Assembly: GCA_021796455.1 (NCBI GenBank)
Contig: JAKACA010000002.1
Coordinates: forward strand, 916-64,915
Direction: 5' to 3'
From: Actinomycetes bacterium
Lineage (GTDB): Bacteria; Actinomycetota; Acidimicrobiia; Acidimicrobiales; Bog-793
Length of the DNA: 64,000 bases
The translations under genes and the position numbers were made by a program. The notes under the pieces were generated by a model, which was not told where the DNA came from, did no database searches, and saw only the letters and a list, made by a program, of their open reading frames with translations. This document shows, piece after piece, positions 37,594 through 44,862 of this stretch. Within the stretch, counting starts at the first letter, position 1. Every line of letters starts with the position of its first letter.

Positions 37594-39060
37594 TCAGAGT
37601 CCCTGGGTAGCCCCTCTCCCGCGCTGGCCGACATCCCTGCGCACGAACGCGTGCCTCATCGAGTAGTAGAAAGCGCCCCCTATCGCGCAAGCCGCCGCGA
37701 TCAACACGTCGCCCGCCGAGAGCTTGAAGGCCACGAGCACGGCGACGAGGGCGCTTGCCACCCAGCAGAGCTGGAGCTGCGTCTCAAAGCGGGCGAAGGC
37801 GCGGCCGAGGGCAGCAGGCGGTACGTAGGTCTGGGCTATCGAGTCGAATGCCGGCTTTGCTCCCGTGCTCGCCATGCCGACGACGAACGCAAGGAGAGGC
37901 TGAGCGCCAAGCGCGCCGATGATTCCGACTATCACCCCGACAACTGCGGTCAGACCCAGCGCCGCAAGCAGGATCTGCTGTTCGGAGAGGCGGCGGCGCA
38001 GGCCCGGCACAGACATGGAACCCGTGATTCCACCGATCCCGCTCGCCAGCAGGATGAGGCCGTACCACCACGTGGCGGCGTTCATGTGCTTGAGGGCGAA
38101 AGCCAGGAAGAAGGTGAGGAAGCCCATCGTCGCCCTGAGAACGGTCATGGCCCCAAGGGCGATCATGACCTCCGGAGCGATCATCGCCAGCCCCAGTCTC
38201 CGGCGCTCCTCGGCGACGTTGACACGCGCTCGCCGCGACGCGCGACCCGGTCCGCCGCTGGCCGATCCGCCCCGGTAGATGAGACCACCGGGGCGCCCGG
38301 CCAGGCCAGCTCTGCCAGCTGCGCCGGGAGGGCCGGGCGGCCTCTCCGCCCTCTGGGCATCCAACAGCGGGAGAGGCGGCGGGCTCGGAGGACCGTGTAT
38401 GGGTCGGCCGTCCTCGAGACGACCGAGCGTCTTCGGCGGAGCCGGTAGCGACGCTGACCTCGGCAGGCGAAGAGCTGCCAGGCCGCCGGCCACGAACACG
38501 AAGAAGCTCAGGCGGAGCACCCACGATGCCCCCGCCTGCAGGAGGGCTACTCCAAGCGGCGACACCGCGAAACCTCCAAGCGCCGCCAGCACGGCAAGCT
38601 TTGCATTGGCGGCGGCCAGGTCGTCAGCACGCTCTGTCATCGACGGGATCAGTGCCGACTTGCCCACCAGGTAGAGCTTTGAGAGCACGAGGATGCCGAA
38701 GGCCTCTGGGAAGAGAAGCAGGCTGTGGAGGTCGCGCGACATAAGGAAGGTGAGCACGGCGCTTCCACCGCTCGCGACCCCGAGCGCTGCCCTTCGCGCG
38801 GCGAGGCCGCGATCGAGGAGAGGGCTCAGCATGGGAGACACGACCGCAAACGGGGCGATCGTGAGAAGCAAGTACAGCAGTACCTTTTGTTCGGATTCGT
38901 GCACGCTTACGGAGAAGAAGAGTGATCCCGCGAGCGAGATCGTCACGAGCGTGGTGGCGGCGTAAAAGAGGGCGTGAAGCAGCGCCAGGCGGCCGAACGG
39001 CTGCTCCTGGTCGAACAAGGCCGCGGTCGCGTCCCGCAGTTGGAGGGTTAGCCGGCTCAT
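37594..39060 (-). CDS. MFS-like multi-pass membrane transporter with a ~90-aa Pro/Gly/Arg-rich central loop
   Basis: About 6+6 hydrophobic segments flank a low-complexity loop. The start is taken at ATG 39060 (MSRLTLQLRD); the ORF opens at 39138. Family assignment rests on topology only. Confidence 0.65.
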   Translation of the reverse strand: MSRLTLQLRDATAALFDQEQPFGRLALLHALFYAATTLVTISLAGSLFFSVSVHESEQKVLLYLLLTIAPFAVVSPMLSPLLDRGLAARRAALGVASGGSAVLTFLMSRDLHSLLLFPEAFGILVLSKLYLVGKSALIPSMTERADDLAAANAKLAVLAALGGFAVSPLGVALLQAGASWVLRLSFFVFVAGGLAALRLPRSASLPAPPKTLGRLEDGRPIHGPPSPPPLPLLDAQRAERPPGPPGAAGRAGLAGRPGGLIYRGGSASGGPGRASRRARVNVAEERRRLGLAMIAPEVMIALGAMTVLRATMGFLTFFLAFALKHMNAATWWYGLILLASGIGGITGSMSVPGLRRRLSEQQILLAALGLTAVVGVIVGIIGALGAQPLLAFVVGMASTGAKPAFDSIAQTYVPPAALGRAFARFETQLQLCWVASALVAVLVAFKLSAGDVLIAAACAIGGAFYYSMRHAFVRRDVGQRGRGATQGL

Positions 39061-39150
39061 GCGGCTCCTACTCGACACGTGGCCATGGTACGGCCACAGT
39101 GAACCGGAACCGGGGCTAGTACGCTGGGGAGCCGGCAAGACGAGGAGGAG

Positions 39151-39393
39151 GTGGCTGTGTCAGTTCGGGCATACGTCCTTATCCAGACTGAGGTAGGCAA
39201 GGCCGCATCGGTTGCGACGAAGGTGTCTGACATTCCCGGCGTCACGCTGGCAGACGACGTCACCGGCCCTTACGACGTCATCGTGCAGGCCGAAGCCGAC
39301 TCCGTCGATGAGCTCGGCCGCATGGTTGTGAGCCGGGTACAGCTCATCGAGGGCATCACGCGGACGCTGACCTGCCCGGTCGTGAGGCTTTAG
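39151..39393 (+). CDS. stand-alone Lrp/AsnC ligand-binding (RAM) domain protein
   Basis: VRAYVLIQTEVGKAASVATKVSDIPGVTLADDVTGPYDVIVQAEADSVDELGRMV. The start is GTG 39151 or GTG 39157, behind GAGGAGGAG. Confidence 0.8.
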   Translation: MAVSVRAYVLIQTEVGKAASVATKVSDIPGVTLADDVTGPYDVIVQAEADSVDELGRMVVSRVQLIEGITRTLTCPVVRL

Positions 39394-39413
39394 CCACCTC
39401 GCCGAGACTCACC

Positions 39414-39438
39414 CGAGCGCGCCGGGCCGAGGCGCTCG
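39414..39438. terminator. GC-rich hairpin between convergent genes (candidate bidirectional terminator)
   Basis: CGAGCGC (39414-39420) pairs with GCGCTCG (39432-39438) around an 11-nt loop. It lies between the AsnC-like stop (39393) and the sufC stop (39462). No U-tract is present. Confidence 0.3.
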
Positions 39439-39461
39439 CCCATTGGTGACCGCCGGGCACC

Positions 39462-40214
39462 TCAGCTCGTGGACGAGACCTCACGGTAGCCTGCGTATCC
39501 AGTGTCTTCGAGCTCCGAAGCGAGCTCCGGGCCCCCGGATCGGACGATGCGTCCCCGTGCAAGGACGTGAACGACATCGGGCCTCAGCTCTTGGAGAAGT
39601 CGCCGGTAGTGAGTGATGGCTATGAGGCCGAGAGGCGGGTCGTTGTCTCGGCGCGCCTGCTCGATGCGGCGAGCCACGACGGAGAGGGCGTCGACGTCGA
39701 GCCCGGAGTCGAGCTCGTCGAGCACGGCGAAACGCGGGCGGAGGAGAACGAGCTGGAGGGTCTCGTTGCGTTTCTTCTCGCCGCCCGACAGGCCGACGTT
39801 CATGTGACGAGACATCAGCTCCGCACTCGTGCCGAGCGCGGCCGCCTCTACCGCCATCTCGGCGGCGAGTGCCTCGCTCGCAGGTCGCCCCATGGCTGCG
39901 AATGCCTCTCGGAGCACTGCAGCGACAGGCACGCCCGGCACTTCTATCGGATACTGGAAAGCCAGGAACAGTCCGGCCGCGGCTCGCGCCGCCGGCTCGA
40001 GCCCGAGAAGCTCCACGCCGTCGATCGTGATGCTCCCGCCGGTTACCTCGTAGCCGGGCCGGCCCATGAGCGCATGAGCAAGGGTGCTCTTGCCCGAGCC
40101 GTTGGGGCCCATCACCGCGTGGATCTCACCGCTTTCGACGCGAAGATCCACGCCTTTCAAGATCTCGCCACCTCCAACCGCAACACGCAGTCCCTTTATG
40201 TCGAGGGTGCTCAC
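39462..40214 (-). CDS. sufC: Fe-S cluster assembly ATPase SufC
   Basis: LDIKGLRVAVGGGEILKGVDL, GPNGSGKSTLA, LSGGEKKRNE, AVLDELDSGLD. GTG 40214 overlaps the Rieske gene TGA (GTGA). Confidence 0.95.
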   Translation of the reverse strand: MSTLDIKGLRVAVGGGEILKGVDLRVESGEIHAVMGPNGSGKSTLAHALMGRPGYEVTGGSITIDGVELLGLEPAARAAAGLFLAFQYPIEVPGVPVAAVLREAFAAMGRPASEALAAEMAVEAAALGTSAELMSRHMNVGLSGGEKKRNETLQLVLLRPRFAVLDELDSGLDVDALSVVARRIEQARRDNDPPLGLIAITHYRRLLQELRPDVVHVLARGRIVRSGGPELASELEDTGYAGYREVSSTS

Positions 40215-40528
40215 GGCAGCTCCACGAAGACTTCGCCGTCGACTACCTCGACGCTGAGGACGGTGATGGGCACTGTCGCCGGCAGGCTCTGGGGAGAACC
40301 GTCGAGCAACGAGAACGTGCTGCCGTGCCGGACACATTCGATCTCGCACAGCTCGGGGAACACCTCTCCCTCCGACAGCGGATAGTCCTCGTGGCTGCAG
40401 CGGTCGATCACGGCGTGGAGCTCGCCGTCGCAGTTGGCGATGGCGACGGGAGCTGCACCATCGGGGACGAATCGCTTGACGCTGCCCACCTCGACCTCTT
40501 CGGCCCCGCAGAGTCTCACCCTGGTCAT
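40211..40528 (-). CDS. Rieske [2Fe-2S] ferredoxin-like protein
   Basis: CSHEDYPLSEG...CVRHGSTF gives the CxH...CxxH Rieske ligands. ATG 40528 overlaps the sufD TGA (ATGA); the ORF opens at 40723. Confidence 0.85.
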   Translation of the reverse strand: MTRVRLCGAEEVEVGSVKRFVPDGAAPVAIANCDGELHAVIDRCSHEDYPLSEGEVFPELCEIECVRHGSTFSLLDGSPQSLPATVPITVLSVEVVDGEVFVELP

Positions 40529-41838
40529 CGGGCTGCCGCTCCCACGCGCCCGGCGATGGCCTCGAGCACCAAGGTGCCGACCGACGGGTTCACCTTCTCG
40601 AGCAACTCGGCGAAGAAACCCAGGAGGATCAGCCTCTCTGCCACCTTCGCGGGCACGCCCCGCGATTCGAGATAGAAGCGCTGCTCCTCGTCGACCGGTC
40701 CCACCGCCGAGGCGTGCGAGCACCGCACATCGTTCTCCTCGATGTCGAGGTTGGGTACCGAGTCGGCATGCGCACCGTCCGAGAGCACGAGGTTGCGGTT
40801 GGTCTGGAACGCGCTAGCTCCCTTCGCGCCCTTGCGCATCTTGATGAGGCCGTTGTAGACCGAGCGCGACGTGCCCGCGACGGCACCTTTGAAGACAAGG
40901 TCGCTCGTGGTTCGAGGCGCCGCGTGCTCCTGCAAGGTCCGGAAGTCGTGCATCTGGTTGCCGTCCCCGAAGAAGGCGGCAAGCAGCTGAGTGGAGCCCC
41001 CCTGGCCCGTGAGAATGGAGTCCGTCTGCGCGCGAGCGTAGCTCCCTCCGAGCGACGCCTGAAAGCTCCGCAGCGTCGCATCCCGCCCCGCCCTGGCGGC
41101 AAGCCGGCCGAGCTGCCAGGCCCTGGATCCGAGCTGCTGGACCAGGTCGTGAGACAGACGCGCGGCCGCCGAGACGGAAAGCTCGGTAGTTGGGAGCACG
41201 AGGACCGGCTCCTCGCCGTCGGGCGAAACGAGAAGCTCGATGACAGATGCCTGCGAGCTCTCCTCCAGATGGACGAGGGTGCGCGGGAAGACCGCGGCGG
41301 GCCTCCCATCGCTCGCGGGATCGCCCATGACGTGGACGATGAGAATGGGCTCGGCGATCTCAACTCCAGACGGGACGCGCAACACGACGGCCTCGGGTGC
41401 GAATGCGTCCGCGAGGGCAGCAAAGCCATCGGCTGTGGCGAGCGGGAATGTGTTGATCACATCCCCCATCAGCGCTTCTGCCTCCAGATCGCGCGACGCG
41501 GGCCCGAGGCGAACTCCCGCCTCGCTCGCGCGCTCTCCGAGCTCGGTGCGGACAGGAAAGCCATCGCGGGTGACGACCAACCCGCCGACCGCGCCCAGAT
41601 CTGCGAGCAGCCTTCGCGCGAGGCCTGGCAGCTCGTCTCGCCCGGCGCCGGTGCCGGGGTGCACAGCCGGCACGAAGCGGCCGAGGGTGAGCTGGCCGAT
41701 GCGGCTGTAGCGCCACGCGTCCTCGTCGCCCGTCGGAGTCGGAGCCTCGAAGAACCGTTGAAGTGCTTGCTCGCGCCGAAAGGCCAGCCAACTTGGTCCT
41801 CCAAGCTGCCGGACAGCTGCCGCGCCAAACGCGCTCAA
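40525..41838 (-). CDS. sufD: Fe-S cluster assembly protein SufD
   Basis: EAWRYSRI, a beta-helix core, and C-terminal SRSVYNGLIKMRKGAKGASAFQTNRNLVLS...NDVRCSHASAVGPVDEEQRFYLESRG. The start is TTG. Confidence 0.9.
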   Translation of the reverse strand: MSAFGAAAVRQLGGPSWLAFRREQALQRFFEAPTPTGDEDAWRYSRIGQLTLGRFVPAVHPGTGAGRDELPGLARRLLADLGAVGGLVVTRDGFPVRTELGERASEAGVRLGPASRDLEAEALMGDVINTFPLATADGFAALADAFAPEAVVLRVPSGVEIAEPILIVHVMGDPASDGRPAAVFPRTLVHLEESSQASVIELLVSPDGEEPVLVLPTTELSVSAAARLSHDLVQQLGSRAWQLGRLAARAGRDATLRSFQASLGGSYARAQTDSILTGQGGSTQLLAAFFGDGNQMHDFRTLQEHAAPRTTSDLVFKGAVAGTSRSVYNGLIKMRKGAKGASAFQTNRNLVLSDGAHADSVPNLDIEENDVRCSHASAVGPVDEEQRFYLESRGVPAKVAERLILLGFFAELLEKVNPSVGTLVLEAIAGRVGAAAR

Positions 41839-41953
41839 GTCTTGCTCGGTGGTGCTCAGCGGGAAAGTGCTCCTTGCTCGCTGCCCTTGTGCTGTGGTGA
41901 CCGTGGCGACGGAATGCTAACGGGCTGTCCCAGGGCCCATTACGTTTCGGGAG

Positions 41954-42817
41954 GTGACCGACAGATCCGCTCCGCCCGAGCCAGGCCCAGATCCATCCGT
42001 TCTCGCCGTCGAGAGGGACGGCCACACGGCCACAGTATTCCTCGACCGGCCCGAAAAGCGCAATGCCATGGGAATGCCGTTCTTCTCCGAGCTCCCCGTC
42101 GTCATGGCCAAGCTCGGCAGCGACGATCAGACAAGAGCCGTCGTCATCGCCGCGAACGGACCCGCCTTCTCTGTCGGCCTCGATCTGGCTGCCCTCGCCA
42201 GCATAGGACAGGACGAGAGCCCGGACTCGGGGACAGATACCTCCCAGGCGGCTCTCGCGCGCCGGACCCACGCGCAGGTGGTTGCTCTCCAGAGCTCTAT
42301 CAGCGCTGTCGCCGACTGCCCGAAACCTGTGCTGGCCGCCATCCATGGCTGGTGCATCGGCGGAGGAGTCGACCTCGCCTCGGCGTGCGACATAAGGCTG
42401 TGCTCGGCTGACGCCGTCTTCTCGGTGCGCGAGACCCGTATGGCGATGGTGGCCGACCTCGGGAGCCTGCAGCGCCTGCCCGACCTAGTGGCTTACGGAT
42501 ACCTGGCCGAGCTCGCGTTCACGGGTAAGGACATAGATGCCGACAGGGCGGAGAAGATGGGGCTCGTCAACAAAGTGCTCCCCGATCGTGAATCGGCACT
42601 CGCCGCCGCGCGCCAGATGGCGGCTGAGATCTCCGAGAACTCACCGCTGGCGGTGCAAGGAGCAAAGGCCGTGCTCGCGGAGGCGCGCCGCGCGCGCGTA
42701 GAGGCTGGGCTGCGCTTCGTGGCAGCCTGGAATGCGGGTCGCCTCCACTCCGACGACTTGAGGGAGGCCGTGACGGCGTTCTTCGAGCGGCGGCCGCCGA
42801 CCTTCAGCGGCAGTTGA
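41954..42817 (+). CDS. enoyl-CoA hydratase/isomerase (crotonase) family protein
   Basis: ATVFLDRPEKRNAMG, AFSVGLDL, AAIHGWCIGGGVDLASACDIRL, RETRMAMVADLGSLQRLP. Confidence 0.9.
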   Translation: MTDRSAPPEPGPDPSVLAVERDGHTATVFLDRPEKRNAMGMPFFSELPVVMAKLGSDDQTRAVVIAANGPAFSVGLDLAALASIGQDESPDSGTDTSQAALARRTHAQVVALQSSISAVADCPKPVLAAIHGWCIGGGVDLASACDIRLCSADAVFSVRETRMAMVADLGSLQRLPDLVAYGYLAELAFTGKDIDADRAEKMGLVNKVLPDRESALAAARQMAAEISENSPLAVQGAKAVLAEARRARVEAGLRFVAAWNAGRLHSDDLREAVTAFFERRPPTFSGS

Positions 42818-42831
42818 CTGCGGGCAGAGGC

Positions 42832-43176
42832 CTACGTCCTCTTCCGGCGCCGTAGGAACCCCTTTCCTTTGGACCTCTGCTCGCGTGCGCGAGCCTCGGC
42901 AAGCGCGCTCGGAGCAGCTTGCTCGACAACCATCTCGGCGGCGTCGAGGAGGGATGCGACGTCGCCTCCCTCCATCTCCGGTTCGGCTTCCACCACCGGT
43001 TCGACAAGGTTCCCGTGCGTCCAGCCGGCATCGGCCAGACGCCTCTCATAGCACGGGCAGTCGTCGGGGCAGCGCCACGGTGCCTCCGGCGCGAGATCGA
43101 GCACACAAAAGCGCGCTACCTCTCCGGACGCGTACGTCCTTGATTGGAAGTGCTTGCACTCTTCTCGCATGGGCAT
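42832..43176 (-). CDS. Cys-rich small protein (114 aa) immediately downstream of sufB
   Basis: MPMREECKHFQSRTYASGEVARFCVLDLAPEAPWRCPDDCPCYERR, with Cys at positions 7, 24, 36, 40 and 42, followed by an acidic stretch and a basic tail. It starts 13 nt after the sufB stop. Third-position GC is good. The family is not recognised by name. Confidence 0.55.
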   Translation of the reverse strand: MPMREECKHFQSRTYASGEVARFCVLDLAPEAPWRCPDDCPCYERRLADAGWTHGNLVEPVVEAEPEMEGGDVASLLDAAEMVVEQAAPSALAEARAREQRSKGKGFLRRRKRT

Positions 43177-43189
43177 CGTGCTGCCAAGC

Positions 43190-44590
43190 TCAGCCGACAG
43201 AGCCGTCCATCTGCAACTCGATCAGACGGCTCCACTCCACCGCATACTCCATCGGCAGGGTCCTCGTAACGGGCTCGATGAACCCGTTCACGATCATTCC
43301 CATCGCCTGGTTCTCCGATAGACCCCGGCTCATGAGGTAGAAGAGCTGGTCGTCACCGACCTTGGAGACCGTTGCCTCGTGGCCGATCTGGGCATCTCGT
43401 TCGGACACCTCGATGTAGGGCTTGGTCTCCGAGACGGACTGCTCGTCGAGAATGAGGGCGTCGCAGCGGACGAAAGACTTCGAGTGCGTGGCGCCCTCGT
43501 CAACGTGTACCTTGCCCCGGTAGGTCGCGTTGCCGCCGTCTTTCGATATTGACTTCGAGATGATCGTAGAGGTCGTCTCCGGCGCGCAGTGGAACATCTT
43601 GGCACCCGTGTCCTGCTGCTGGCCGGCACCCGCGTACGCGACAGACAGCACCTCGCCTGAGGCCTTCGGTCCCATCAGGTACACCGAGGGGTACTTCATC
43701 GTGAGCCGGGAGCCTATGTTGCCGTCGATCCACTCGACGCGTGCCTCCGCCTCGGCACGAGCCCTCTTCGTGACGAGGTTGTAGACGTTGGAGGACCAGT
43801 TCTGGATAGTGGTGTAGGTGATCCGGCTTCCCGGGAGGGCGACGAGCTCTACGACGGCAGAGTGGAGGGAGTCCGTGGAGTACACCGGAGCCGAGCAACC
43901 CTCGACGTAGTGCACCTGCGAGCCCTCGTCGGCGATGATGAGCGTCCGCTCGAACTGGCCCATGTTCTCCGCGTTGATCCGGAAGTATGCCTGCAGCGGC
44001 ATGTCGACGGTCACGCCAGGCGGCACATAGATGAACGACCCGCCCGACCAGACGGCCGAGTTGAGCGCGGCGAACTTGTTGTCGTTCGGAGGGATGATCT
44101 TGCCGAACCACTTCCGGACTATCTCGGGGTACTCGCGCACGGCCGTGTCCATGTCGCTGAAGAGCACGCCAAGGCTCTCCAGATCCTCGCGATTTCGGTG
44201 GTAGACGACCTCTGACTCGTACTGCGCGGTCACCCCGGCCAGGTACTTCCGCTCCGCCTCGGGGATGCCTAGCTTGTCCCATGTCGACTTCACCGAGTCG
44301 GGGAGCTGGTCCCAGCGGTCGACCTGCTTGTCGATCGGCTTGATGTAGTAGTAGATGTCGTCGAAATCCAAATCCGGCATCTTGGTCGCGAACCAGGGCA
44401 CCATCGGCTTACGGTAGAAGCCCGCGAGCGCCCGCAAACGGAACGCGAGCATCCATTCCGGCTCCTTCTTCATCGCCGACATCTCCCTCACGATTTCCTC
44501 GCTCAGGCCCTTCTTCGGCTTGAAGATGTAATCTTCCTCGTCACTCCAGCCAAGCTGGTAGCGATCAAGATCGAGCTCAGTCGTGGACAT
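43190..44590 (-). CDS. sufB: Fe-S cluster assembly protein SufB
   Basis: EPEWMLAFRLRA, FIYVPPGV, HYVEGCSAP, ISKSISKDGGNATYRG, EATVSKVGDDQLFYLMSRGL. Confidence 0.95.
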   Translation of the reverse strand: MSTTELDLDRYQLGWSDEEDYIFKPKKGLSEEIVREMSAMKKEPEWMLAFRLRALAGFYRKPMVPWFATKMPDLDFDDIYYYIKPIDKQVDRWDQLPDSVKSTWDKLGIPEAERKYLAGVTAQYESEVVYHRNREDLESLGVLFSDMDTAVREYPEIVRKWFGKIIPPNDNKFAALNSAVWSGGSFIYVPPGVTVDMPLQAYFRINAENMGQFERTLIIADEGSQVHYVEGCSAPVYSTDSLHSAVVELVALPGSRITYTTIQNWSSNVYNLVTKRARAEAEARVEWIDGNIGSRLTMKYPSVYLMGPKASGEVLSVAYAGAGQQQDTGAKMFHCAPETTSTIISKSISKDGGNATYRGKVHVDEGATHSKSFVRCDALILDEQSVSETKPYIEVSERDAQIGHEATVSKVGDDQLFYLMSRGLSENQAMGMIVNGFIEPVTRTLPMEYAVEWSRLIELQMDGSVG

Positions 44591-44627
44591 AGACCTTCAC
44601 CTCTAGACGGATGGTCGGGGAGTTTCC

Positions 44628-44641
44628 ACTACCTAGATAGT
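44628..44641 (-). promoter_or_regulatory. imperfect palindrome ACTAnCTAGnTAGT in a low-GC patch about 35 nt upstream of the sufB ATG (candidate operator)
   Basis: The plus strand reads ACTACCTAGATAGT and its reverse complement ACTATCTAGGTAGT, so 12 of 14 positions are symmetric. It sits in TTGTTACTATCTAGGTAGTGGAAAC, followed by the SD GAGGTGAAGG. No regulator gene was identified in the window. Confidence 0.3.
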
Positions 44642-44862
44642 AACAACCTGCTCCACCCGCCGACACAGAGGCGCCTGCGACTAGCGGCGCCGCCCTCGCG
44701 ATCGCAGCTCGCTGGGTCGCCGCCAAACCAATCGAGGTGGCGCTTGCCGGGGAGCACGGGCACAGCGGCGGGGTTGCGGCGTGGTGGCCCTGTGCTGTGA
44801 GATGCTCCATTTATGAGTGCCGAAGCTGACGACGCGACGCCACCGAGAGCCGGAGCCGCACG

